This document shows, one piece after another, positions 1 through 10,387 of a DNA stretch of 42,902 nucleotides (position 1 is the stretch's first letter; the number at the start of each line of letters is the position of its first letter). Source of the DNA: Casimicrobiaceae bacterium (GTDB lineage: Bacteria > Pseudomonadota > Gammaproteobacteria > Burkholderiales > Casimicrobiaceae); the NCBI GenBank assembly GCA_039916265.1, contig JBDSLT010000123.1:1-42902 (forward strand), written 5' to 3'. Made by a program: the position numbers and the translations under genes. The notes under the pieces were generated by a model that was not told where the DNA came from, did no database searches, and worked only from the letters and a program-made list of their open reading frames with translations.

Positions 1-1
1 C

Positions 2-520
2 ACCTACTTTTTCAACGGCGGCGTCGAGGACCCCTATCCGGGCGAAGACCGGATCCTGGTTCCCTCACCCAGGGTGGCGACCTACGACCTCCAGCCCGAA
101 ATGAGCGCCGTCGAGGTGACCGACAAGTTGGTGGCGGCAATACAGAGCGGCAAGTACGACGCCATCGTCTGCAACTACGCGAACGGCGACATGGTCGGGC
201 ACACGGGCAATTTCGACGCGGCGAGAAAGGCGGTGGAGGCCCTCGACGCGTGCGTGGGCCGCGTCGTCGATGCAGCGGCGGCGGCTGGGGGCGAGGTGGT
301 GATCACTGCGGACCACGGCAACGCCGAAACGATGTTCGATCCCTTCACCGGCCAGCCGCATACCGCCCATACGCTGAATCTCGTGCCCTTCGTCTACGTG
401 GGACGCCCGGCGACGGTCATCGCCGGCGGCGCGCTGTCGGATGTCGCACCGACGCTCCTCGCACTGCTCGACGTGCCCAAACCCGCCGAGATGACCGGGC
501 ATTCGCTCGTCCGTTTCTGA
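2..520 (+). CDS. gpmI: 2,3-bisphosphoglycerate-independent phosphoglycerate mutase, C-terminal part (5' truncated by window edge)
   Basis: Frame from base 2 reads TYFFNGG...[16 protein letters not shown]...[12 protein letters not shown]...ITADHGNAE...HTAHT...LSDVAPT, the iPGM metal-binding motifs; stop at 518-520. Confidence 0.95.
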   Translation, partial: TYFFNGGVEDPYPGEDRILVPSPRVATYDLQPEMSAVEVTDKLVAAIQSGKYDAIVCNYANGDMVGHTGNFDAARKAVEALDACVGRVVDAAAAAGGEVVITADHGNAETMFDPFTGQPHTAHTLNLVPFVYVGRPATVIAGGALSDVAPTLLALLDVPKPAEMTGHSLVRF

Positions 521-542
521 CCGTCGCCGAGGTGGGCATCGG

Positions 543-611
543 CAAGCTTTTGATTCCATGGCGTCAAGCATTTGTTACACCGCGCCACCGGAACTCGGCA
601 CGCTTTTCGCA
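543..611 (+). promoter_or_regulatory. Candidate IHF site (543-555) and sigma54 -24/-12 element (596-611) upstream of ctpA
   Basis: CAAGCTTTTGATT matches IHF consensus YAANNNNTTGATW; CGGCACGCTTTTCGCA has GG-N10-GC spacing and resembles TGGCACG-N4-TTGCW. Motif match only. Confidence 0.4.
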
Positions 612-766
612 GCCATAGTCTGCGCCGGGCGAAAACCGCAGCAACGCCCGTCGGCCGCCCGGGTTTTGCGAAAAGGGCAGGCGTATACTCGAATGGCAGT
701 TTTCCGGACGGCACGGCGACCCCGTGTCCGAGTGGGTCGATGACCCTGCAACGAGTCGAGGTCGGC

Positions 767-2176
767 ATGCGTGACGGGATGAAAAAGGCAGGATTCATCG
801 GTTTGGGCGCCGTGCTCGGCATCCTGCTCAGCCTCAATCTGTCGGTGTTTGCACAGCGCGAGGCCCGCCTTCCGATTCCGTACGAGGATCTCCAGCTCCT
901 GTCCGCGGTGTTTGGAAAGATCAAGAGCGACTACGTCGAGCCCGTTTCCGACGACAAGCTCATCAAGGAAGCGATCAACGGAATGGTCCACGGGCTGGAC
1001 CCCCATTCCGATTTCCTGGACGCCGACGCGTTCAAGGAGCTGCAGGTCTCGACGCAGGGCAAGTTCGGCGGCCTCGGCATCGAGGTCGGCGTCGAGGACG
1101 GCGTGGTTCGCGTCATCTCCCCCATCGAGGACACGCCGGCGTTTCGCGCCGGCATCAAGTCCGGCGACCTCATCGTCAAGATCGACGACCTGGTGACACG
1201 CGGCATGCCGCTGTCCAAGGCCGTCGAGAAGATGCGCGGCCGGCCGGGCACGACGATCAACCTCACGGTCGTGCGCAAGGACGCCGAAGCGCCGCTCAAC
1301 TTCACGCTGACCCGCGAGGAGATCAACGTCAAGAGCGTGCGCTACAAGGCGGTCGAGCCCGGCTACGGCTACATCCGCATCCGCCAGTTCCAGGACCGCA
1401 CCGGCGAAGATCTCGCCGCCGCCCTGCGGGACCTCTACAAGAAGGAAGGCGACCTCAAGGGCCTCGTACTCGACGTACGCTCGGATCCGGGCGGTCTTCT
1501 GAACCAGGCGGTCGCCGTGTCGGCGGCGTTCCTGCCGAAGGACGCGCTGGTCGTCTACACCGACGGCCGCACGCCCGATGCGCGCATGCGCCTGACGGCG
1601 AGCCGGGAAAACTACGTGCGCCGCGGCGACGACTATTTCCGTGATCTGCCCGCCGCCATCAAGAAGGTGCCGATGGTCGTGCTCGTCGACGGCGGCACGG
1701 CTTCGGCCTCCGAAATCGTCGCCGGCGCGCTGCAGGACCACAAGCGCGCGACGGTGATGGGTGCGCAGACCTTCGGCAAGGGCTCGGTCCAGACGATCCT
1801 GCCGATCGGCAACAACGCCGGACTGAAGCTGACGACCGCGCGCTATTACACACCGGCCGGACGCTCGATCCAGGCGAAGGGCATCGAGCCCGACATCAAC
1901 GTCGATGACGGACGCGAAACGCCGAACCGCATCCGCGAGGCGAACCTCGAGCGTCACCTCGAGACCAGCAAGATCGCTGCCGACAAAGCTACGCCCGGCG
2001 TCCCCGCGACGCCCGCGGCCGCGCCGAAGAAGGACGGCGCGCAGGCCGATCCGCCGCTTCCGCGCATCGATCTCGGAAGCGACGAGGATTTCCAGTTGAA
2101 GCAGGCGCTGAATCAGCTGAAGGGCCTGCCCGTGATCGCATCCACCAAGGCGGTGCAGGCGCAGGTGAAGCAGTAG
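767..2176 (+). CDS. ctpA: Carboxyl-terminal processing protease, S41 family (signal peptide, PDZ, Ser/Lys dyad)
   Basis: LDPHS, FGGLGIEV (PDZ), GTASASEIV (Ser) and TFGKGSVQ (Lys) motifs; ATG at 767 preceded by GAGG. Confidence 0.93.
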   Translation: MRDGMKKAGFIGLGAVLGILLSLNLSVFAQREARLPIPYEDLQLLSAVFGKIKSDYVEPVSDDKLIKEAINGMVHGLDPHSDFLDADAFKELQVSTQGKFGGLGIEVGVEDGVVRVISPIEDTPAFRAGIKSGDLIVKIDDLVTRGMPLSKAVEKMRGRPGTTINLTVVRKDAEAPLNFTLTREEINVKSVRYKAVEPGYGYIRIRQFQDRTGEDLAAALRDLYKKEGDLKGLVLDVRSDPGGLLNQAVAVSAAFLPKDALVVYTDGRTPDARMRLTASRENYVRRGDDYFRDLPAAIKKVPMVVLVDGGTASASEIVAGALQDHKRATVMGAQTFGKGSVQTILPIGNNAGLKLTTARYYTPAGRSIQAKGIEPDINVDDGRETPNRIREANLERHLETSKIAADKATPGVPATPAAAPKKDGAQADPPLPRIDLGSDEDFQLKQALNQLKGLPVIASTKAVQAQVKQ

Positions 2177-2234
2177 GGTCGGTTGCCGGTCGACGGTGAC
2201 GGCGCGCCGTGGCGCGCGAACAGTCCCACCATGG

Positions 2235-2268
2235 CGCCCGCGCACAACCTGCGCGGGCGTTCTGCTTG
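2235..2268 (+). terminator. GC-rich hairpin between ctpA and moeB; possible weak terminator or stabiliser
   Basis: CGCCCGCGCA-CAACC-TGCGCGGGCG perfect 10-bp stem followed by an interrupted U tract (TTCTGCTT). Confidence 0.3.
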
Positions 2269-2327
2269 GCGCAACCGCTGCGCATGCATGAACCTCCGAG
2301 CTGCCGAAGCCGACTGCCAATACAAGA

Positions 2328-3083
2328 ATGGACGACTCCCAGCTCCTCCGCTACAGCCGCCACATCCTGCTCGACGAGCTCGGCCCGGACGCGCAGCAGG
2401 CCTTCGCCGCCGCGAAGGTCGTGCTCGTCGGAATGGGCGGGCTCGGCACGCCGGCGGCGCAGTACCTCGCGGGGGCCGGCATCGGCACACTGACGCTTTG
2501 CGACGCCGACCACGTCGACCTCACGAACCTCCAGCGCCAGGTGCTGTACGCGACGCCGGACGTGGGCAAGGCGAAAGTCGACGCCGCGGCAGCACGTATC
2601 GCGGCGATCAATCCCGATGTGAAGACGGTGCGCGTGGCGCACCGCGTCGGTCCGGCCGAACTCGGCCCGCTCGCGGCCGCAGCCGACGTCGTGCTCGACT
2701 GCAGCGATAACTTCGACACGCGCCACGCGGTCAATCGCGCGTGCGTGGCGGCGGCGACGCCGCTGGTATCGGGTGCGGCGATCCGCTTCGACGGGCAGGT
2801 CGCGGTGTTCGACGCACGCGACCCCTCGTCACCCTGTTACCACTGTCTGTTCGGCGAGGGCGACGCGCTGGAAGAGACACGCTGCGCGACGATGGGTGTG
2901 TTCGCTCCGCTCGTGGGCATCGTCGGCGCGACTCAGGCCGCCGAGGCGCTGAAGCTCATCGCCGGTGTGGGCGCGTCGCTGGCCGGCCGTCTCCTCCTGC
3001 TCGACGCGCTGGCGATGCAATGGCGCGAACTCACCGTGCCGCGCGACCCGGCCTGCCCCGTATGCAGCGCGAGGCCCGGGTGA
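2328..3083 (+). CDS. moeB: HesA/MoeB/ThiF family adenylyltransferase
   Basis: RYSRHILL, GMGGLG nucleotide-binding loop, DLTNLQRQ, DCSDNF, and two CxxC Zn motifs (CYHC, CPVC). Confidence 0.88.
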   Translation: MDDSQLLRYSRHILLDELGPDAQQAFAAAKVVLVGMGGLGTPAAQYLAGAGIGTLTLCDADHVDLTNLQRQVLYATPDVGKAKVDAAAARIAAINPDVKTVRVAHRVGPAELGPLAAAADVVLDCSDNFDTRHAVNRACVAAATPLVSGAAIRFDGQVAVFDARDPSSPCYHCLFGEGDALEETRCATMGVFAPLVGIVGATQAAEALKLIAGVGASLAGRLLLLDALAMQWRELTVPRDPACPVCSARPG

Positions 3084-3547
3084 ACGTCGCGCTGCGCCTG
3101 CTGCTGGTGTTGGCACTCGTGCTTGCCCCGTGCGCACACGCCGAAGAGGCGTCGAGCGCGCCGGACTGGCAGGCGATCAAGCGGGTGATCGGCGAACAGC
3201 TGATGGCGCTGCGCCAGGATGACGGCGCGCGCGCTTTCGCCTTCGCCGCGCCCGGCCTGCAAGCGCAGTTCGGGAATGCCGAGACGTTCCTGCGAATGGT
3301 GCATGCGGGCTACCAATCGCTGATCGACGCGCGCTACGACGAGTTTCTCGAAGGCGCGGTCATCGAAGGGCGGGTGATCCAGCCGCTGCGCATTACCTCG
3401 CGCGACGAGACGGTGCAGGTCGCGTTGTACACGATGGACAGGGATGAAACGGGACGCTGGCGCATCGCCGGCTGTCTGCTCGCGCCTTCGACGTCGCGGC
3501 TTCGGACGGCGGCGGCTCGCTCGCGCCCCGCGGGCGCGCAACTCTAG
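3080..3547 (+). CDS. Secreted DUF4864-like protein
   Basis: GTG start overlapping the moeB stop (GTGA); signal peptide (LLLVLALVLAPCAHA); VIGEQL...AFAFAAP...FLRMV..GY...W.I.GC pattern recalled for DUF4864. Confidence 0.7.
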   Translation: MNVALRLLLVLALVLAPCAHAEEASSAPDWQAIKRVIGEQLMALRQDDGARAFAFAAPGLQAQFGNAETFLRMVHAGYQSLIDARYDEFLEGAVIEGRVIQPLRITSRDETVQVALYTMDRDETGRWRIAGCLLAPSTSRLRTAAARSRPAGAQL

Positions 3548-4533
3548 CTGCCGGCGCGCTGCGCGCAGGCAGCAACTTCGCCCGTCGCCGCATTCGCGCG
3601 AACCCGCGCGTCCCATGCGGCGAGCGCGACGGCGCGCACGGTGGCGTCCGCCGATTCGGCCCCCTGTTGCGTATCGAGGTCGAGCGCCGCGCAGCGCGCG
3701 CGCAGCGCGTCGTTGGCGGCCTGGCGTGTGCGGCTGCGGGCGACCGCTGCCGGATCGGATGCGGTGCGCTCGGCGATCGTCGCGCCCGCCGCTCGCGCCG
3801 TGAACGTCGTTCCGCGCTCGGCCAGCGCCGCGCCCAACTGTGCGCAGGCGGCCTTGCGCGTATCGGGAAGCGTCGTCCCGCCGCATGCGCCCGCGAGGCC
3901 CGTCGTTACGATCCTGGGCTGCTCCGCCGCGTAGGCCGCGGCGGCTTCGGCCTTTGCCGCGCGTTCGACCGCGGTAGGCATCGCCATCACGTAGTCCCAC
4001 AGCGCGAGCGCGCCGCGCGCCGAGTAGTCGTCCATCCGCGGCTTCGCGGCGGCCTGCTCGAGGTACGCGACGGCCATCTCGTTGTTGCCGCGGCGCGCCG
4101 CCTTCGACGCCAGCAGCAGCAGCGGCACGCCGTTGTCCGCGTCGCGCGTCGCCCAGTCGGCAAGACGGTCGACCGCATCGCACTCCGGCAGCGAGGGCTG
4201 CACCGGCTGCTGGCAGGCGATCGCCAGCGAGGCGAGATAGAGCGTCTCGCGCGGCGCCGCGGCACGCGCGGCGGCGTAGTGGCGGACCTGCGACGCCGGA
4301 TCGGTCGCATCGAAGCGCGCGGCAACCCAGTGGCCCCGCGGATCGTCGATGACGAGCGCACGCATCTGCAGTTCCGCGTCGAGCCGCGCGACGTCCCCCG
4401 CCCATCGCGACTCCGCGGGCGCGGCCGGGTCGGACAACTGCGCCGCTGCCGCCGGCGCGCTCCACGTCGACAGCGCCGCGACCGCCGCCGCGGCGGCAGC
4501 CCGCGCCGCGCGTGCGCCGAGCGAGGTCCTCAT
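3544..4533 (-). CDS. Hypothetical exported, helical, Cys-containing protein (329 aa)
   Basis: ATG overlaps the slmA stop (ATGA); Ala-rich signal-like N-terminus; this is the protein-like C-terminal part of the 3544..7212 six-frame ORF. Confidence 0.75.
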   Translation of the reverse strand: MRTSLGARAARAAAAAAVAALSTWSAPAAAAQLSDPAAPAESRWAGDVARLDAELQMRALVIDDPRGHWVAARFDATDPASQVRHYAAARAAAPRETLYLASLAIACQQPVQPSLPECDAVDRLADWATRDADNGVPLLLLASKAARRGNNEMAVAYLEQAAAKPRMDDYSARGALALWDYVMAMPTAVERAAKAEAAAAYAAEQPRIVTTGLAGACGGTTLPDTRKAACAQLGAALAERGTTFTARAAGATIAERTASDPAAVARSRTRQAANDALRARCAALDLDTQQGAESADATVRAVALAAWDARVRANAATGEVAACAQRAGS

Positions 4534-5099
4534 CCGAACAGGAACTTGCGCTGCAAGTCCCACCCTTCCTGTGGACGCCGCTTGAAGCCGCTCTTGGCGA
4601 AGAGTTGCCAGCGGCCCACGACGTAGGCGATCAGCACGGCGGCGTCGGCGCTGGCATCGCCATGCCAGGCGTTGGCGGCCTGCGCGACGCGCAGCGACTG
4701 GCGCAGCGCCGCCTCGAGGCGGTCGACGAGCTGGTTGATCCGGGCCTGCAGGCGCTCGTCCTCGTGCACCAGCGCGTCGCCGATCAGCACGCGCGTCATT
4801 CCCTGGTTCTTCTCGGCGAACGACAGCAGCATCACGACTTTCTGCTCGGCCTGCGCCGCGCCGTCCTGCGTATCCGCATCGATCTTGTTGGCGAGCGAGA
4901 ACACCGTCGTCTCGATGAACTCGATCAGGCCTTCGAACATCTGCGCCTTGCTGGCGAAATGCCGATAGAGCGCTGCCTCGGACACTTCGATCCGCGCCGC
5001 CAGCGCCGCGGTGGTCACCTTCTCGCCGCGCGGATTCTCGAGCATCGTCGCGAGGGTCTGCAGGATCTGCAGTCGCCTTTCGCCCGGTTTTGTCGCCAT
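4530..5099 (-). CDS. slmA: Nucleoid occlusion factor SlmA (TetR family)
   Basis: KPGERRLQILQTLATMLE...KVTTAALAARIEVSEAALYRHFASKAQMFEGLIEFIE; located downstream of argB. Confidence 0.92.
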   Translation of the reverse strand: MATKPGERRLQILQTLATMLENPRGEKVTTAALAARIEVSEAALYRHFASKAQMFEGLIEFIETTVFSLANKIDADTQDGAAQAEQKVVMLLSFAEKNQGMTRVLIGDALVHEDERLQARINQLVDRLEAALRQSLRVAQAANAWHGDASADAAVLIAYVVGRWQLFAKSGFKRRPQEGWDLQRKFLFG

Positions 5100-5147
5100 G
5101 GAGATGCCGCGCCGCTTGCGGAAGCGTTCGCGAGGGTTGCGCGAGCG

Positions 5148-6209
<1,062 letters not shown>

Positions 6210-6222
6210 CTATCGTTGCTCC

Positions 6223-7344
6223 ATGTCGAGCCCCTTGCCGGACGCCGTTCCGCTCGGCGAAGTCCGTCGCGCCCTCATTACCAAGCTGCGGCATCACGGC
6301 GACGTGCTGCTGACTTCGCCGGTGTTTGCGGTGCTGAAGCGCGCCGCGCCGCACGTCGAGATAGACGCACTCGTGTACGCGGAAACTGCCCCGATGCTCG
6401 CGAACCATCCAGCCATCGCCGCGATCCACACCATCGACCGCGAATGGAAGCGTCGGGGCGCGTGGCGCCAGGCGGCCGCCGAATGGGCGCTCGTGAAGCA
6501 ACTGCGCGCGCGGCGCTACGACCTTCTCTTGCACCTCACGCCCCACCCCCGCGGCTTGACGCTCGCGCATCTGCTGCGCCCCCGCTACGCCGTGACGCAC
6601 GAGCGCGACGGCCGCGCGACAGCCTGGCGGCATGCGTTCACGCATTTCTACAAGACGCCTGCGCACACGCCGCGCCACACGGTCGAGACGAACCTCGACG
6701 CGCTGCGTCGCATCGGCGTCTACCCCGGCACCGACGACCGCGGACTCGTGCTGGTGCCGGGCGAGGCGGCAGCGGCGAGCGCTGCCGCGATGCTCGCGCG
6801 GCATGGGCTCGCGACGTCGCCGTTCGTCCACGCGCATCCGGGATCGCGCTGGCTGTTCAAGTGCTGGCCACCGGAGCGGATGGCTGCGCTCCTCGACCAC
6901 GTTGCGGGACAGGGGCTGGCGATCGTCGTCACCGGCGCGCCCGATGCGCGCGAGAAGGAAATCCTGACGGCGACGCTTTCGGCGTGCGCGGAGTCGACGC
7001 GCGCGCGCATCGCCGATCTGTCGGGCAGGCTCACGATGGCCGAGCTCGCCGCCGTCGCCGCGCGCGCGCGCGCGTTCGTCGGCGTCGATTCGGCGCCCAT
7101 GCACATCGCCGCCGCGATGGGGACGCCGGCGCTCGCGCTGTTCGGCCCCTCCAGCGGCGAGGTGTGGGGGCCCTGGCAGGTCGCGCATCGCGTCGTGTCG
7201 TCCGACGCGCATCCGTGCCGGCCCTGCAATCTCGACGGCTGCGGCGGCGGCAAGGTGTCGGAGTGCCTGACCACGCTGCCGGCGGCCCGGGCGATCGCTG
7301 CATTCGACGCGCTGCTGCGCGAAACCGGGGGCGGCGCGCGCTGA
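6223..7344 (+). CDS. rfaQ: Putative LPS heptosyltransferase III (GT9, RfaQ/WaaQ-like)
   Basis: KLRHHGDVLLTSP, HPGSRWLFKCWP, FVGVDSAPMHIAAA, LFGPS...WGPW, and PCRPC...C motifs. Confidence 0.85.
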   Translation: MSSPLPDAVPLGEVRRALITKLRHHGDVLLTSPVFAVLKRAAPHVEIDALVYAETAPMLANHPAIAAIHTIDREWKRRGAWRQAAAEWALVKQLRARRYDLLLHLTPHPRGLTLAHLLRPRYAVTHERDGRATAWRHAFTHFYKTPAHTPRHTVETNLDALRRIGVYPGTDDRGLVLVPGEAAAASAAAMLARHGLATSPFVHAHPGSRWLFKCWPPERMAALLDHVAGQGLAIVVTGAPDAREKEILTATLSACAESTRARIADLSGRLTMAELAAVAARARAFVGVDSAPMHIAAAMGTPALALFGPSSGEVWGPWQVAHRVVSSDAHPCRPCNLDGCGGGKVSECLTTLPAARAIAAFDALLRETGGGAR

Positions 7345-8543
7345 TGCGGCTCGCGTTGATCCGCCAGCGCTACACGCCCTTCGGTGGCGCCGAGCGCTTC
7401 ATCGAGAACGCGCTTGCCGCGCTGCTGGAGCGCAGCGTCGCCGTCACGCTCTACACGCGCGAATGGCCGCAGACCGACCTGCAGCTGATGGAGCCGATCG
7501 TCGTCGACCCGTTCCACGTCGGTCGGCTGTGGCGCGACTGGAGCTTCGCGCGCGCTGCATGCCGCGCGATGGCGCGCGGCGACGCCGACCTCGTGCAGTC
7601 GCACGAGCGGCTCGCCTGCTGCGACATCTTCCGCGCCGGCGACGGCGTGCACGCCGTGTGGCTCGAGGAAAAGAATCGGGGCGCGCCGGCGCTCGCGCGC
7701 CTTGCTACCGCGCTGTCGCCGTACCACCGCTACGTCCGGCGGACCGAGCGGCGCATGTTCGCGCGGCCGTCGCTCGCGGCAGTGATCTGCAATTCGCAAA
7801 TGGTGAAGGACGAGATCGCGCGGCGCTTCGCGGTGCCGGAGCAGAAGCTGCACGTGATCTACAACGCCGTCGACGGCGCCGTCTATTCGCCGGCGCTGCG
7901 GGCGCACCGCGCGGCGCTGCGCGACACGCTCGGCATTTCCCGCGAAACCGTCGTGTACCTGCTGGTGGGTTCGGGCTACGAGCGCAAGGGCGTCGCGACC
8001 GCGATCGCGGCGCTTCGCGAGGTACCGGGCGCGCAGCTCCTCGTCGTCGGGCGCGAGAAGGACGTCGCCAGGTACCGGCGCGCCGCACAGGCGGCCGACG
8101 TCGCGACGCGCGTCATCTTCGCCGGTGCACAGGCCGACGCCAGGCCATACTTCGGCGCCGCGGACGCCTTCGTGCTGCCGACGCGTTACGATCCGCTGCC
8201 CAACGCCGCGCTCGAGGCGATGTCCTGCGGGCTGCCGGTCATCACCAGCACCAAGTCGGGCGCCGCCGAGCTCGTCATGCGCCACGACGCAGGCTACGTC
8301 TGCGATTCGCGCGACACGCAGGCGCTCGCCGCGCACATGCGTTCGCTGCTGGATGCGCCGACGCGGGAGCGTCTCGGCGCGGGTGCGCGCCGCGCGGTCG
8401 AGCCGCTCACCCCGGACGCGATGACGCTGGCGCTCGTCCTGCTCTACAAGGCGCTGCTCGCGGACAGTCTTGCGCGACGCAAGGCGGCAAAGGCGCACGG
8501 TGCGCCGGCGCCGCCCGGCGAGGACGTCGCCGACGGCGAGTGA
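7344..8543 (+). CDS. Glycosyltransferase family 4 (WaaG/RfaG-like LPS core glycosyltransferase)
   Basis: TGATG overlap with rfaQ; FGGAERF, VQSHER, RAGDGVH, VGSGYERKG and YDPLPNAALEAM motifs. Confidence 0.85.
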   Translation: MRLALIRQRYTPFGGAERFIENALAALLERSVAVTLYTREWPQTDLQLMEPIVVDPFHVGRLWRDWSFARAACRAMARGDADLVQSHERLACCDIFRAGDGVHAVWLEEKNRGAPALARLATALSPYHRYVRRTERRMFARPSLAAVICNSQMVKDEIARRFAVPEQKLHVIYNAVDGAVYSPALRAHRAALRDTLGISRETVVYLLVGSGYERKGVATAIAALREVPGAQLLVVGREKDVARYRRAAQAADVATRVIFAGAQADARPYFGAADAFVLPTRYDPLPNAALEAMSCGLPVITSTKSGAAELVMRHDAGYVCDSRDTQALAAHMRSLLDAPTRERLGAGARRAVEPLTPDAMTLALVLLYKALLADSLARRKAAKAHGAPAPPGEDVADGE

Positions 8544-8641
8544 CGCTGCGCTATACTTCGCCGCTTCCGTTTTCAGCGTGTCGCGCGAAGCCCGCCACGC
8601 CCCGCCCGATGCCGCGTCACGGCACGTCCGGCCCTTAAGCG

Positions 8642-10387
8642 ATGACGGGCTACCACCTTTACCTTCGACTCCTCAAGTACGTACGGCCGTACTGGTGGGC
8701 CTTCGGCATCGCCGTCGCCGGCATGGTGGTCGTGGCCGCCGGCGATCTCATCATGGCGATCCTCGTGATCCCGATCGTCAACACCTTTCAGCAGAACGAC
8801 CCGCTGAAGGCGCAGTGGCTGCCGCTCGCCGTGATCGGCGTGTTCCTGTTCCGCGGGATCGGCTCGTTCGTGTCCGACTACGGGATGGCTTACACGGGCC
8901 ACCGCGTGGTCTTCGACCTGCGCCGGGCGCTGACCGACAAGCTGCTCAAGCTGCCGACGCCCTACTACGACGTCACGCCCGCCGGCGTGGTCCAGTCGAA
9001 GCTCACCTTCGACGCCCACCAGCTCGCACAGGCGGCGTCGTCGACGATCACCACGGCGATCCGCAGCTCGATGTCGATCGTCGCGTCGTTCGGCTGGCTG
9101 ATGTGGGTGAACTGGCGGCTCACGCTGATGACGTTCGTCGTGATGCCGGTCGTCGCCGTCGTCATCCGTTATTTCAGCCGCCGGCTGCGGCGCATCGCCC
9201 GCGACGTGCAGACCCGCACCGGCTCGATGACCCACGTGCTCGAGGAGATGATCGGGGGCCACCGGATCGTGCGGATCTTCGGCGGCGAGGACTATGAGCG
9301 GGGGCGTGCCGTGAAGGCCGCGAACTCGCTGCGCACGTCGATGACCAAGCAGTCCTCGGCGAGCGCGGCGAGCTCGCCGCTGACGCAGGTCCTCGCCGCG
9401 CTCGCGGTCGGCGTGATCATCTGGGTGGCACTCGCGCAGAACCAGACCGGCAAGCTCGACCTCGGCATGTTCGCGTCGTATCTGGTCGCGCTGCTCACGC
9501 TGCTCGACCGCCTGAAGTCGCTGTCGGGAATCAACGCCGCGATCCAGCGCGGCCTTGCGGCGGCCGAGAGCATCTTCGGGCTGCTCGACCGCGAGGAGGA
9601 GCCCGACACCGGCAGCGTCGCGCTGCCGCGCGCGCGCGGCGAGCTCAAGTTCGACCGCGTGGCGCTGCGCTACCCGGGCACCGAGCGCGAGGCGCTCGCC
9701 GACGTCTCGCTGACGATCCGGCCGGGCGAGACCGTCGCGCTCGTCGGCAGCTCGGGGAGCGGCAAGACGTCGCTCGTCAACCTGATCCCGCGCTTCTACG
9801 AGCCCACGGCGGGGCGGCTGTTCATCGACGGCCACGACGTCACGACATTGACCCTCGCCTCGCTGCGCGCGCAGATCGCGCTGGTTTCGCAGGACGTCAT
9901 GCTGTTCGACGACACGGTGGCCGCCAACATCGCCTATGGCGCGATGAGCGGCACGCCGCCCGACGACATCGCGCGCGCTGCCGCCGCCGCGCACGCCCTC
10001 GAGTTCATCCGCGCGCTGCCGCAGGGCTTCGACACCGAGGTCGGCGAGAACGGCGTGCGCCTGTCGGGCGGGCAGCGCCAGCGCCTCGCGATCGCCCGCG
10101 CCATCCTGAAGAACGCGCCGATCCTCATCCTCGACGAGGCGACTTCCGCGCTCGACTCGGAGTCGGAGCGGCAGGTGCAGGCAGCGCTCGAAACGCTGAT
10201 GCAGGGACGCACGACGCTCGTCATCGCGCACCGGCTGTCGACGATCGAGCATGCCGACCGCATCGTGGTGCTCGACCAGGGGGGCATCGCCGAGCAGGGA
10301 ACGCACGCGGAGCTCCTCGGCCGCGGCGGCGTCTACGCGCGCTTGCACCGGATCCAGTTCAGTACGGCGCCGGCCGCGGCGGCGTGA
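8642..10387 (+). CDS. msbA: Lipid A-core flippase MsbA (ABC exporter)
   Basis: N-terminal TM domain; Walker A GSSGSGKT; signature LSGGQRQR; Walker B ILILDEATSALD; TATACT upstream at 8552-8557. Confidence 0.92.
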   Translation: MTGYHLYLRLLKYVRPYWWAFGIAVAGMVVVAAGDLIMAILVIPIVNTFQQNDPLKAQWLPLAVIGVFLFRGIGSFVSDYGMAYTGHRVVFDLRRALTDKLLKLPTPYYDVTPAGVVQSKLTFDAHQLAQAASSTITTAIRSSMSIVASFGWLMWVNWRLTLMTFVVMPVVAVVIRYFSRRLRRIARDVQTRTGSMTHVLEEMIGGHRIVRIFGGEDYERGRAVKAANSLRTSMTKQSSASAASSPLTQVLAALAVGVIIWVALAQNQTGKLDLGMFASYLVALLTLLDRLKSLSGINAAIQRGLAAAESIFGLLDREEEPDTGSVALPRARGELKFDRVALRYPGTEREALADVSLTIRPGETVALVGSSGSGKTSLVNLIPRFYEPTAGRLFIDGHDVTTLTLASLRAQIALVSQDVMLFDDTVAANIAYGAMSGTPPDDIARAAAAAHALEFIRALPQGFDTEVGENGVRLSGGQRQRLAIARAILKNAPILILDEATSALDSESERQVQAALETLMQGRTTLVIAHRLSTIEHADRIVVLDQGGIAEQGTHAELLGRGGVYARLHRIQFSTAPAAAA

